Shown: positions 37,672 to 48,335, counted from the first letter of the stretch. The stretch is 64,000 bases of DNA from Candidatus Poribacteria bacterium (GCA_965242965.1 OZ251518.1:4000001-4064000), one strand, 5' to 3'. The notes: generated from the sequence alone by a model not told the origin. Made by a program: numbers and translations.

Positions 37672-38739
37672 ATGAACATCAAACCAATGCATGTCGTCGG
37701 CATCCTCATGATACTGGCCGTCGGCATCTGTGCAATCAGCGTGCTTTTCCTCACGTCGGAAGAAAAAGCACCGGTGGTGACATACAAAACCACCGTTCCG
37801 AAATCTCAGGCTGCCGAGTCTGCCGACAGCCGCAGTGAAGCGACGTTAAAAGAACGGGCAGAAACCTCCAAGGAACGTATCTTGGCGAGTATGCAGATGC
37901 ACGGGATGGAGGCTGATCCCGCTCGTCTACAAGCGATGGAGAGAGCCTTAGCATCTCCGGCCTATCTTGAATATCTGAGAAAGCAAGATGCTGTCTTCCC
38001 AGGGTTTAATCTAGGCCTCTGGTGGGACTTCTTGGAATCTCAAGGGGTTTCTTCATCCGGAAGGCAGTTGCAGGAAGAAAATTTCCGCGAGCACTTTCCA
38101 ACCGGCGACTACGCCGATTATGAACCGATGATGCGGCACAACCTCGCCGAACTTTTTCTAGAGACAGAGCCACCCGAAGATCCAACGGATAAACGGGAGA
38201 TGCGACAGTATACCCTCGCTGTCATGGGCATGTTTCGTAAGGATTGGGCGAACAAGATTTGGATGCGCGGATACTTCAACGGCTACGATGGCGATGTCGC
38301 CTGGGCTGACACTATCCGTCAGAACGCGGAAAGCATCGTGGCAGCGGGACCCGCAGCAGTGACAGATGCCTCATCCCTGTTGACAGATCCGGCAGTCACT
38401 ACCGTGACGAGTCTGACAGATGTTGCTGAAGAGCCTCAAGACGCGCAACCGGCGCAGCGCAATGAAAACACGCTGTTTGAAGAGGCAGCGCAGCAGTCAC
38501 AGAACCTGGCAGACGTTGAGGGAAAACCGACAGAACTTTTCACCCTGCCTGAGCTCCCTACTGAGGGGAGTCTTGAAAAGGCACTGCGGCAACAAGTGTC
38601 ACCGGAACGGTTCAACCGCGCTATTGATATCTTGAATCGCTACGGACCTCGGGAGGGCATCCGCCGCCTTAAGGAAGCAGACCCGGGTGCTGCGGCACAG
38701 GTTGAACGCTTTCTTCAGCGAAAACAAGAGGATAACTGA
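37672..38739 (+). CDS. Family A protein, copy 2
   Basis: Shared family motifs; TGA stop overlaps the TIR at 38738. Confidence 0.85.
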   Translation: MNIKPMHVVGILMILAVGICAISVLFLTSEEKAPVVTYKTTVPKSQAAESADSRSEATLKERAETSKERILASMQMHGMEADPARLQAMERALASPAYLEYLRKQDAVFPGFNLGLWWDFLESQGVSSSGRQLQEENFREHFPTGDYADYEPMMRHNLAELFLETEPPEDPTDKREMRQYTLAVMGMFRKDWANKIWMRGYFNGYDGDVAWADTIRQNAESIVAAGPAAVTDASSLLTDPAVTTVTSLTDVAEEPQDAQPAQRNENTLFEEAAQQSQNLADVEGKPTELFTLPELPTEGSLEKALRQQVSPERFNRAIDILNRYGPREGIRRLKEADPGAAAQVERFLQRKQEDN

Positions 38740-39275
38740 GGGTGTTTCATATTTCGATGTGTTCGGTAGGAGAGCCCTCGGGGCTCGATGTTCCCGTAGC
38801 GCGGGGGCCTGTCCCCCGCGATCTCCATCGTCTCAATGTGCCCGTAGCGCGGGGTCCTGTCCCCCGCGCGCGTTGGATTCCGCGAGCGATGGCGAGGGAA
38901 ACCCGCTCGCATGCGCGTGTGGCATCCGAGGGCCCTCGCCCTACGGTGAGGGGGGGGCATTTTTTATCGTAGCGCGGGGGCCTGTCCCCCGCGATCTCCA
39001 TCGGCATGATGTGTGTTTCCGCTTCTGTAGTTTGTGATCGCCTGATCACAAACGGGTCAGGATCAGGCGATCCTGACTTACAGGGCCTGGCACACGCACG
39101 ATGGCGAGGGAAACCCGCGATCGCCATCGTCAAAGTATGTTTTTAAGTCCTTTAGCACCTACATGTCTATCGCACCACGTGTCGTGCCGTTTTCAAGGGC
39201 CTTTAGGTCCTTGATAAAAAAACGCGCGGCCCTAGCAAAAACTATTAAGGTGAGCGAAGACCTGTCCCTCGCGCA
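38738..39275. repeat. REP cluster with left TIR
   Basis: GAGGGTGTTTCATA followed by REP modules. Confidence 0.85.
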
Positions 39276-39296
39276 CCTGAAAACGGAGGCACACTC

Positions 39297-40118
39297 ATGA
39301 AAATCGTAACCGTCCTCTGCTTGCTCGTTTGGTTCGCCACGGCGGCGGAAAACTCGCAATCGGAACCTGTCACGCGAGGGCCCGCGGTATATCAGCATGC
39401 TGAGAGAGCCCCTACGCCGCTTGAAGCCGAAACGTATGCAGCACTCAAACAGCGGTTCCCCGGCGACGTGCTTGACGCGGAACTCCACACACTCCGCGAA
39501 CTCGCTGAGAGCCCCGCATATCTGCAGTTCCTCGAGGAACGATTCCCTACCTCGGCACCCTTTGTGATGTTTGAGGATCTCTTTGACAAGGTGCTGCCGC
39601 CCAAAGCACGTTACCACTCATTCTTTCACGCGCAATTCGGGGTGAAAACGGTGGACGAAATCGGGGATGACGAACATCTGGTAGCGCATCGTTTCGCGTC
39701 CGGCTTCTGGATACTGCCCGCTTATGAACGCGGGGCAGATAAACCGCCGCACATGCGCGCAGGCCGCCACTGGCGCAAGTTGCAGCTGGATATGCGTTCT
39801 TTGCTGCAGCCTGAAGCGCGCAAAATGCTGGAAGCCCGCATCGGCATCAGTGCCGAGGGACGCCTCGGCGGCCCGGGAACCTGGGGACACATCATCCAGA
39901 CCTTCGGGCCCCTTATCAGATTGGCGAGCGTGCACCTTGACGAGGATGTCCGGTGGATAAAAACGCTGTTTGAAAAACACGGGCAATCCGAAGGGATGTT
40001 GTGGGTGGCCGTGCAGGATCCGATTCTGTTTGACAGAATACTCTACGCGTTCAGCACGGACACCACGTTCCTCAAATGTCTTTATGAACCGATTGAGGAC
40101 AACCGTGACAAACGTTAG
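39297..40118 (+). CDS. Family B protein, copy 2
   Basis: Shared motifs; 3' end almost identical to copy 1. Confidence 0.85.
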   Translation: MKIVTVLCLLVWFATAAENSQSEPVTRGPAVYQHAERAPTPLEAETYAALKQRFPGDVLDAELHTLRELAESPAYLQFLEERFPTSAPFVMFEDLFDKVLPPKARYHSFFHAQFGVKTVDEIGDDEHLVAHRFASGFWILPAYERGADKPPHMRAGRHWRKLQLDMRSLLQPEARKMLEARIGISAEGRLGGPGTWGHIIQTFGPLIRLASVHLDEDVRWIKTLFEKHGQSEGMLWVAVQDPILFDRILYAFSTDTTFLKCLYEPIEDNRDKR

Positions 40119-40211
40119 CGCATGCAGCGTGAAACAACGTAACGGGAACGCTCTGAACCTTCAAGGACGAAGCAACCTCTTTTTTTGCTGGCTTTATGGT
40201 ACCTTTTGCGT

Positions 40212-40503
40212 GAGGGTGTTTCATAAATCGCTCAACAAGGGGCCGTTTTTTTCACCGTAGCGCGGGGGCCTGTCCCCCGCGAGCGTTGGGGTGTGCGAAC
40301 GATGACGAGGGACAGGCCCTCGCCCTACGGTGACCGAGCCGCCCTCCTCTGTAGGTGGAGATCGTCTGAAGCTCTGGCATGTTTGCCAAGCGATCTTGAC
40401 CCGTTCGGGAGCAGGTGCTCCCGAACTACGGTCTCTCGCATGCGCGATGCATCGAGACCAGGAGGTCTCTCCTACCGGGGAAAACGATTTATGAAACACC
40501 CTC
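40212..40503. mobile_element. TIR-bounded REP cassette inserted in an ECF promoter spacer
   Basis: Perfect 14-bp TIRs; no target duplication visible. Confidence 0.8.
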
Positions 40504-40694
40504 AATTAACTATATCCTAGCATTTTTCCGCCTTTGTTTGTGTCAAGAGCGGGAGAAAAAATTGCATTTTATGCAACCTTTTCCACTTGAATTCGCGTCA
40601 TTATATAGTGACAACTGAGAAGTGCTCAGCATGTTCGGATATGGAAAAACCAAATGCGAAAAGGCGGCTGCACCTCGTGCCGCCGCTAGTTTTG

Positions 40695-41012
40695 GATTAC
40701 GCGAGCGATGGCGAGGGGAACCCGCTCGGATGCGCGTGTGGCATCCGAGGGCCCTCGCCCTACGGTGAGGGGGGCGTTTTTTATCGTAGCGCGGGGGCCT
40801 GTCCCCCGCGAGCGTTGGATTATGCGAGCGATGGCGAGGGGAACCCGCTCGGATGCGCGTGTGGCATCCGAGGGCCCTCGCCCTACGGTGAGGGGGGCGT
40901 TTTTTATCGTAGCGCGGGGGCCTGTCCCCCGCGAGCGTTGGAGTGCGCGGACGCTGGCGAGGGGAACCCGCTCGCCTGCGCGTGTGGAAACCTGCGAGGG
41001 CCCAAGCCCTAC
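40695..41012. repeat. About 2.6 tandem 120-bp REP-doublet units
   Basis: 120-bp periodicity between 40701 and 40821. Confidence 0.9.
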
Positions 41013-41158
41013 GATGCACGTCTAGTCTTTTTAAAAGCGTGCATTATCACTTCCTTTCCGCCGTGCAGTGGAAGATGGAAACGTTTTTTATAGATTAAGT
41101 TACAGCGGATGTTGCGCCATCTGGAGCAACATCCGCTGCCTATCCAGGAGTCAAAACC

Positions 41159-42238
41159 ATGAACATCAAACCCATGCAGTGGCTCGGTGCCCTTGTGATA
41201 CTCGTCGGCATCTGTGCTGTCACCCTATTTTTTGTCACGCGCCCGGAGAAAGTGCCAGTCCGGAAATACGTGGCAACATCTCAGGGAGAGTCCGATGCAA
41301 CGGAAACGAGCGAAACGCCGAAAGAGCAAACGGACGCGGCACCACAGGACGATACAAAGCGGGCGAAAGACTGGCACTTGTCTAAACTTCACCTTATCGG
41401 AACGGACGAGAACGATGCCTATCGGGCAGCATACAAGAAAGCCATAGAATCTCCCGCTTTTGCTGAATACCGGAAAAAGCAGGATGCGCTATCTCCGGGG
41501 TATAATCTCGGACTCTGGTGGGACTTTCTTGAATCGCAAGGACTCAGTTCCGGTCGGACGGCGCAAGAAAAAAGGTTCCGCGAGCATTTCCCCACAGGGG
41601 AATATGTGGATTACGAACCGATGATGCGCCAACGCCTTGCCGAACGCTTTCTTGAAGCCGGGCTACTCCCTGTCCAAGGCGACGACGAAGAAAGTGCAAT
41701 AGAGACAATCTCTGTCATGCAACAGTTTCGGATAGCAACAAACGAAAACCGTGTCTGGATGCGCGGTTATTTTAATGGCTACGATGGCGACTTGGCGTGG
41801 GCGAAAGACATCCGGCAGAACGCCGCAAGCATTGTTGCAGAGGCAACATCTGAACCTCTAGACGCGGCACAGCCTGCCACAGAACCCAAGTTCCTTGCTG
41901 AGCCAATTCCAACGGACGAAAATCTCTTGGAGAGTCAGCCGCAACCTCCGCTATCTAACGAAGAGGCACCGGTGCCTGAAGCCCTAAAGCCGATGTCACA
42001 AAGCCTCGAAAAAATTGAGGCGGAGTTGCTGAGAACGTTTTCACTTGAAGGCGAAGAAGTAGACGCGAACATTGAAACGTCTCTTCGCGAACAGTTTTCG
42101 TATGAGCGGCTCAACAGCGCGATGCACACCTTGAATCAATACGGTCCCGAAGAGGGGCTCCGTCGTCTCAAGGAAGCCGATCCTGAACTCGCCTCACGCA
42201 TTGAACGCCGCCTACCGAAAAAACCGGAGGACAATTAA
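41159..42238 (+). CDS. Family A protein, copy 3
   Basis: Shared family motifs. Confidence 0.85.
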   Translation: MNIKPMQWLGALVILVGICAVTLFFVTRPEKVPVRKYVATSQGESDATETSETPKEQTDAAPQDDTKRAKDWHLSKLHLIGTDENDAYRAAYKKAIESPAFAEYRKKQDALSPGYNLGLWWDFLESQGLSSGRTAQEKRFREHFPTGEYVDYEPMMRQRLAERFLEAGLLPVQGDDEESAIETISVMQQFRIATNENRVWMRGYFNGYDGDLAWAKDIRQNAASIVAEATSEPLDAAQPATEPKFLAEPIPTDENLLESQPQPPLSNEEAPVPEALKPMSQSLEKIEAELLRTFSLEGEEVDANIETSLREQFSYERLNSAMHTLNQYGPEEGLRRLKEADPELASRIERRLPKKPEDN

Positions 42239-42275
42239 AATGGTGACTACACTTTTTACACCCGGAGGCTATCTC

Positions 42276-43082
42276 ATGAAGATGCTCACCGTATTCTGCC
42301 TGCTCTGTTTGCATGTCAGCGGCGTGTTCACTGCAGCAGAATATCCGGCATACGAACATGCCGAAATAGAACCTACCTCGCTTGAGAGTGAGACGTTCGA
42401 CGTGTTAAAACGGAGATTCCCAGGCGAGATACTTGATGAGAAACTCAAAACGCTCCGCGAACTCGCCGGGAGCACCGAGTATCTGACGTTTCTCTCGAAA
42501 AGGTATCCTAGCCTTGAGATTAAAGCGTTTGAAGATGTCGCCAACAAGGTCACGCCACCGAAAGAGCGATACTTCCAATTCTTTGACGAACACCTCTACG
42601 TGCCAACCGTAGAAGAAATACAGGATGAGGAACAGTGGGTGATACACCACTTGGCCACAGCGGATTGGTACACCGCGGCATATCAGCGTGGCGGCGACAC
42701 GATCCCAGGGATGCGCAAGGGCGCAGTTTCCCGGCGGGGAACGCTGATTGTTACCAAGCCTATTGGGAGGAAGGTGCTCGAACACCGCCTCTTTATTGAC
42801 TCAACTCATGAGAAACTCACACCGGAGGATTGGGGCACCGTATTAGTCATCTTCCGGCACCTGGTTTCTCTCACCCATTCACATCTCGATGAGGATGTCC
42901 GGTGGATAAAAATGCTGTTTGAAAAACACGGGCAATCCGAGGGGATGTTGTGGGTGGCCATCCGAGATCCGATTTTGTTGGATCGGCTTCTCTACGCGTT
43001 CAGTACGGACACGACGTTCCTCAAATGTCTTTACGAGCCGAAAGGGAAAGAAGCACCGGAGGCATCCAAGCCAGGGGATTAA
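42276..43082 (+). CDS. Family B protein, copy 3
   Basis: Start MKML at 42276 after GGAGG; shared motifs. Confidence 0.85.
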   Translation: MKMLTVFCLLCLHVSGVFTAAEYPAYEHAEIEPTSLESETFDVLKRRFPGEILDEKLKTLRELAGSTEYLTFLSKRYPSLEIKAFEDVANKVTPPKERYFQFFDEHLYVPTVEEIQDEEQWVIHHLATADWYTAAYQRGGDTIPGMRKGAVSRRGTLIVTKPIGRKVLEHRLFIDSTHEKLTPEDWGTVLVIFRHLVSLTHSHLDEDVRWIKMLFEKHGQSEGMLWVAIRDPILLDRLLYAFSTDTTFLKCLYEPKGKEAPEASKPGD

Positions 43083-43084
43083 CG

Positions 43085-43416
43085 GAGGGTTTTCATAATT
43101 CGATGCGTTCGGTAGGAGAGCCCTCCGGGTCTTGATGTCTTCCCGTAGCGCGGTTGCCTGTCCCCCGCGAACTCCATCGTCCCGATGTGTGTTTCCGCCG
43201 CTGTAGTTTGTGATCGCCTGATCACAAACAGGTCAGGATCAGGCGATCCTGACTTACAGGGGTGATGCGTTCTGACACCAAAACGCATGGCGAGGGGAAC
43301 CCGCTCGCATGCGCGTGTGGCATCCGAGGGCCCTCGCCCTACGGTGAGGGAGGGCGTTTTTTCTCGTAGCGCGGGGGCATGTCACCGCGACGTTGAACGA
43401 TTTATGAAACACCCTC
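43085..43416. mobile_element. TIR-bounded REP cassette
   Basis: GAGGGTTTTCATA ... TATGAAACACCCTC. Confidence 0.8.
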
Positions 43417-43485
43417 ATTTTAATGCACTATTTTCCTTGACAAACAATCTATTTTTGTGTTAAAATAAAAAAATCAATCGTTTTT

Positions 43486-43513
43486 GGTACCTTTTGTCCC
43501 AAATCAACGTCTA
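43486..43513 (+). promoter_or_regulatory. Putative autoregulatory ECF promoter
   Basis: GGTACC-N16-CGTCTA upstream of the ECF sigma gene; TTGACA...TAAAAT sigma70 promoter just upstream. Confidence 0.7.
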
Positions 43514-43664
43514 ACGTACCAAAAACGTGCATTTTCGTCGTTTCCTCCACTGCAACGCAGCAGAAGAAATGATGAGGATGCAGAACGGATACTGCAACTG
43601 AGTTGACTAGCAACGCTGTCATAACAATCTGAGTTATCTCACCTCAATATAGGAGGGAAGAGTA

Positions 43665-44423
43665 ATGAACGATGCCGCAGGACGTATCCAAGAATTGGTG
43701 GACAGCGAAGCCGGCCAGGCTTTGCTTTACCGAGAGTCTTACCAAGACGTTTTCCAGACAGCCTACCGTGTCTTGGGAAATTACATGGATGCTGAGGAGA
43801 TTGCCGACGATGCCTTCGTGAAGGCGTTCAATAATCTCCATCAGCTCAGTGATATGGCAAAATTTCCGGCGTGGTTAAAAACCATCGCGCGCAATCTTGC
43901 CGTGGATAGACTTCGTGCAGCCAAACATCGGGGCAATCACGTCCCGTTTGACGACACGCAGTCGCGCTATATTGGAGACGCAGTCGATTACCGCTCTACC
44001 GAACAGTGCGCCATCCGGCGGACGCGGGTTACGCTGCAAAACCGCTTGCTTCGCTTGATGCCGCCGAAAGACCGGCAGGTGATGGAACTCCACTATCTTG
44101 AAGGTAAAACCTACATGAAGATAGCGGAGGTAATCGGCGCGACAGAGAGAGCTGTCGGGAATCGGGTGAGACGGGCGCGAAGGTTTTTGAAAATCGTCGC
44201 TAACGAGATTGATGACTGGTTCCTCGCCCTGAAGGATGACCCGACAAAGGCACTCGATCTGCTTGCTGTCATCCCACCGGACGAAGCGAGGATGACAGAA
44301 TTGTATCTGTTGGACCAGTGCTCTCTCGCCGAAACCGCGAAGTCCCTACATGTCTCGCCGCGAGACATCGTGAAGGGTTTGAAACACGCGGTGAAGCAGT
44401 GGAAAATCCGCATCGAAAGTTAG
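43665..44423 (+). CDS. ECF sigma factor with a second region-4-like C-terminal domain
   Basis: DAEEIADDAFVKAF, FPAWLKTIARN.AVD (region 2); MPPKDRQVMELHYLEG..Y..IAE (region 4); extra IPPDEAR..ELY..D.SLAETA. Confidence 0.88.
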   Translation: MNDAAGRIQELVDSEAGQALLYRESYQDVFQTAYRVLGNYMDAEEIADDAFVKAFNNLHQLSDMAKFPAWLKTIARNLAVDRLRAAKHRGNHVPFDDTQSRYIGDAVDYRSTEQCAIRRTRVTLQNRLLRLMPPKDRQVMELHYLEGKTYMKIAEVIGATERAVGNRVRRARRFLKIVANEIDDWFLALKDDPTKALDLLAVIPPDEARMTELYLLDQCSLAETAKSLHVSPRDIVKGLKHAVKQWKIRIES

Positions 44424-44491
44424 GAGGTTTGAAGTGAGTCTTGTCACTCAAAACAGAGGGAATGGCCGATGTATCGGGACACCCTCACCGT

Positions 44492-44529
44492 AAAAAGGCA
44501 GCGTCAAACGCGTGACGCTGCCTTTTTTT
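44492..44529 (+). terminator. Intrinsic terminator (bidirectional)
   Basis: AAAAAGGCAGCGTCA...TGACGCTGCCTTTTTTT. Confidence 0.8.
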
Positions 44530-44547
44530 GTCATTGAAGAAGAAATT

Positions 44548-45170
44548 CGAGACCGGGAGGTCTCTCCTACCTAGAGGGCATCGAGACCGGGAGGTCCCTC
44601 CTATCCAAAGGATGCACTGCATTTCGCACGCTAATCCCGTAAATCCGCGCTACGGTGAAAAAACGCCTTCTCTTCACGTAGGGCGAGGGCCCTCGCATGC
44701 CACACGCGCATGCGAGCGGGTTTCCCTCGCCATCGTCCGCGCTACGGAAAAAACGTTTCTTCAGGTCCTTTAGGTCCTGAATGTCTATAGCAGGCGCGAA
44801 CGCGAAGAACGCTAAGGTCCTTTAGGTCCTTAATGTGTTTTGCCATGTCCGCGTGTTTTCTATTAAGGACCTAAAGGACCTTGCCGTGAGACCTGCACGT
44901 TTTTCTATAGACATGTAGGACCTAAAGGACCTAAAACGCCATCTCGTGACGATGGAGATCGCGGGGGACAGGCCCCCGCACTACGAAAAAAAACGGTTCT
45001 TGAGCCATCGCGGGGGAAACCCTCTCGGATGCGCGTGTGGCATCCGAGGGCCCCCGCGCTACGGAGATACATCGAGACCGGGAGGTCTCTCCTACCTGGA
45101 GGGCATCGAGACCAGGAGGTCTCTCCTACCAGGAAGGCATCGAGACCGGGAGGTCTCTCCTACCGGAATG
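44548..45170. repeat. REP cluster
   Basis: C, A, GGTCC/GGACC and B modules. Confidence 0.9.
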
Positions 45171-45338
45171 CATCCAAACGGTTCACTAAATCGCCGCCGA
45201 ATTAAAAAAATTTGCAATTTCCCTCAGTATCGTGTAAAATATTAACGTAATCCGCGCTTTGAGTCACAAAAAGCGTAAAATTCTTAAAACAAGCAAAAAG
45301 CCGGGCCGTTAGGACCGGAATGTCTATAGGAAACCGTA

Positions 45339-47132
45339 ATGCGTGAACCCAATCAACCCGACAATGCCGAGTATCTACAACGGCTGCGTCATTCCACGGC
45401 GCATATCATGGCGTATGCCGTGCAGCAACTTTTTCCGGATGGCGAAACCAGCGTGAAATTGGCGATCGGTCCGCCTATTGAGAACGAGTTCTATTACGAT
45501 ATGGAGGTGCCGCGTCCGATTACGCCCGACGATTTTCCCGAAATTGAACGGCACATGAAGGCGATGATTAAAGCCAACGTGCCGTTCCAGCAGGAGGACT
45601 GGGATTACGACGCGGCGCGCAACTGGTTCGCCGAACGCGACCAGAAGTTCAAACTTGAACTGATTGACGGCATTTCTGACCGGAACGTCAGCGCGACTGA
45701 CGAAGGTGTCGCCGACGAAGGCGTGTCTATCTATCACAACGGCGATTTCACCGATCTCTGCAAGGGACCGCACGTTGCTACCACCAGTGAGTGTCGTCAC
45801 TTCAAACTGCTCCGCGTCTCCGGTGCTTATTGGCGCGGCGATAGCAATCGTGAGCAGTTACAGCGGATTTACGGCACCGCCTGGGAGACGAAGGCTGACT
45901 TGTCAGCCTACTTGACACAGCGCGAGGAAGCGGCGAAGCGAGATCATCGGAAATTGGGGCGCGAATTGGAACTGTTCCAGATGCATCCGGAATCGCCGGG
46001 CAGCGCGTTTTGGCTGCCCAAAGGCGCGCTCATCTACAACATCTTGTCGGAAAAAGTGCGGAAACTCTATCTCAGCGAAGGCTATCAAGAGGTGCGCACA
46101 CCGCTCATTTACGACAGTAGTCTCTGGGAAACCTCCGGGCATTGGGAACATTTCAAGGAGGATATGTTCGTCATTGAGAGCGGCGAGGGTGAACCGGTAA
46201 ACGCGCTCAAACCGATGAACTGTCCCGCGCACATGCTGATTTATCGCAGCAAACGCCACAGTTACCGCGATTTGCCCTACCGTCTGCATGACCAGGGTGT
46301 GTTGCATCGGAACGAAGCGACAGGAACGTTGAGCGGGCTCTCGCGCGTGCGGCAGATGTGCCAAGATGACGCGCATAACTTCATCACCGAAGCACAAATC
46401 GCCGAGGAATATGAACGCATACTCGGGCTCTTCCAGCGGATTTACGGCACGTTTGATCTGCCGTTCCGCTGTAATTTAAGCACTCGTAACCCTGACAAGT
46501 TCATGGGCGATGTTGAGGTGTGGAACCACGCCGAAGCGATGCTGGAAGATGTGCTGAAAAACAACCAGATTGTCTACACGGTGGAACCGGGCGAGGCGGC
46601 GTTTTACGGGCCGAAACTTGATTTCCAGGTCAAGGATTCGCTCAACCGCGAGGTGCAATGCGCCACCGTGCAACTTGACTTCCAACTGCCGGAACGTTTT
46701 GAGTTGATTTACGTCGCGCAGGATGGCAGTGAAAAGCGGCCTGTCGTCGTGCATCGCGCGCTGTGCGGCAGTTTTGAACGCTTCATCGCGATGCTGATTG
46801 AGCATTACGCAGGGGCATTTCCGACCTGGCTCTCGCCGGTGCAGTGCGTCGTGATGACTATCAGTGAACGCTTCGTCGACTACGGCAGAGAGGTGCAGCA
46901 GTTGCTGTTGCAAAAAGGTTGCCGTGTTGAATTAAACGGTAGTGACGACAAAATCGGCGCGAAAATTCGGCTGGCGCGCTTGGAGCGCGTGCCTTACATG
47001 CTTATCATCGGGGGGCGCGAACAGGAAAACCGCACCGTCAGCGTTCGCAGCCGCGATGAAGGTGACCTCGGCGCGATGCCGCTTGCCGCCTTTGTTGATA
47101 AATTCGCCGCCGAAGCCGATTTGGATTTTTGA
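45339..47132 (+). CDS. thrS: Threonyl-tRNA synthetase
   Basis: RHSTAH, DLCKGPH, RDHRKLG, KPMNCP, AFYGPK, HRA. Confidence 0.98.
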   Translation: MREPNQPDNAEYLQRLRHSTAHIMAYAVQQLFPDGETSVKLAIGPPIENEFYYDMEVPRPITPDDFPEIERHMKAMIKANVPFQQEDWDYDAARNWFAERDQKFKLELIDGISDRNVSATDEGVADEGVSIYHNGDFTDLCKGPHVATTSECRHFKLLRVSGAYWRGDSNREQLQRIYGTAWETKADLSAYLTQREEAAKRDHRKLGRELELFQMHPESPGSAFWLPKGALIYNILSEKVRKLYLSEGYQEVRTPLIYDSSLWETSGHWEHFKEDMFVIESGEGEPVNALKPMNCPAHMLIYRSKRHSYRDLPYRLHDQGVLHRNEATGTLSGLSRVRQMCQDDAHNFITEAQIAEEYERILGLFQRIYGTFDLPFRCNLSTRNPDKFMGDVEVWNHAEAMLEDVLKNNQIVYTVEPGEAAFYGPKLDFQVKDSLNREVQCATVQLDFQLPERFELIYVAQDGSEKRPVVVHRALCGSFERFIAMLIEHYAGAFPTWLSPVQCVVMTISERFVDYGREVQQLLLQKGCRVELNGSDDKIGAKIRLARLERVPYMLIIGGREQENRTVSVRSRDEGDLGAMPLAAFVDKFAAEADLDF

Positions 47133-47159
47133 TGTTGATGCACTTAAGTCGCTCCTGTC

Positions 47160-47421
47160 CGTAGGGCAGTGGGAAAACCTGTCCCTCGCTAGGCTTGGGA
47201 CGTGTCTTACCGTAGGGCGAGGGCCTGTCCCTCGCCATGCTGCTGTCTACCGAACGATCGCGGGGGAAACCCGCTCGGATGCGCGTGTGGCATCCGAGGG
47301 CCCCCGCGCTACGGGAAAAATAACGTCAATAGTCCGCGGGGGCCTGTTCCCCGCGCTACGTGATACGCAGGCAAACGCCTGCATAAAGTAAAGATAAGGG
47401 CGGGTTTCTATAGCCGCCCGC
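47160..47421. repeat. REP cluster
   Basis: A and B REPs; AGGGCGG..CTATAGCCGCCC (also at ~33572 and ~51762). Confidence 0.8.
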
Positions 47422-47443
47422 ATAAAATAAAGGAATACATCAG

Positions 47444-48046
47444 ATGAATAAAATTTTGACATACCCGATACTACTCGGACTCATCCTTCTCATCGGGTGC
47501 AGTCCCGCGAAACAGGTAACGCGCGTCGATAGCGATACCACCATCGATCTTTCCGGCCGTTGGAACGACACCGATTCCCGCATGGTAGCGGAGGGCATCA
47601 TCGGTGACTGTTTGAGCCATCCGTGGCTGACTGAGCACATGGTAGACGCTTCGGCGAAACCGGTCGTCATCGTCGGCGGCATTCGGAATAAGAGCATGGA
47701 GCATATCGCTGTGCAGACATTCATCAGCGATATTGAGCGGGCTTTTATCAATTCCGGCAAGGTTCGCCCGGTGTCAGGTGCCAGTGAGCGTGGTGAAATC
47801 CGAGAGGAACGCGCCGACCAGGGCGAATTCGCCGCCATCGAAACCATCAAACGGATGGGAAGAGAACTCGGTGCCGATTACATGATGACAGGCGAGATCA
47901 ACACCATCGAAGACCGGGAGGGTGGAGACCAGGTTATGTTCTATCAGACAGATTTGACGTTGACGAACATCGAAACCAACGAAAAAGTCTGGATCGGGCA
48001 GGAAAAGATAAAGAAGTTCATTGGGCGCGGCAAGTTTAAGATGTAG
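47444..48046 (+). CDS. LpoB-like lipoprotein
   Basis: Lipobox LIGC; DLSGRWNDTD, NKS.EHI, GADY. Confidence 0.8.
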   Translation: MNKILTYPILLGLILLIGCSPAKQVTRVDSDTTIDLSGRWNDTDSRMVAEGIIGDCLSHPWLTEHMVDASAKPVVIVGGIRNKSMEHIAVQTFISDIERAFINSGKVRPVSGASERGEIREERADQGEFAAIETIKRMGRELGADYMMTGEINTIEDREGGDQVMFYQTDLTLTNIETNEKVWIGQEKIKKFIGRGKFKM

Positions 48047-48054
48047 CCGTGTTT

Positions 48055-48335
48055 GCGGTCGGAGAGACATCGGCACCCGATGCAGCCGCCGGTAGGAGAG
48101 ACCTCCCGGTCTCGATTTTTAAACATATCGGGACAAGGATGTCCCTCCTACTGAAAAACGCACTGCCGCGGAGAAACGCCGGTAGGAGAGACCTCCCGGT
48201 CTCGATGCACATCGTATCGGAAGAACACCGTATCGGGACAAGGATGTCCCTCCTACGGGAGTCGGGACAAGGATGTCCCTCCTACTGGCGCACAACGAAC
48301 CCCGTAGACGCGGTTTGAAACCGTGCCTACCGGTG
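48055..48335. repeat. REP cluster
   Basis: C, D and F type REPs. Confidence 0.85.

Noticed and set aside
35267-42238. Family A proteins as anti-sigma factors
   Set aside because: The cytoplasmic N-terminus is only about 7 residues, too short for an anti-sigma domain.
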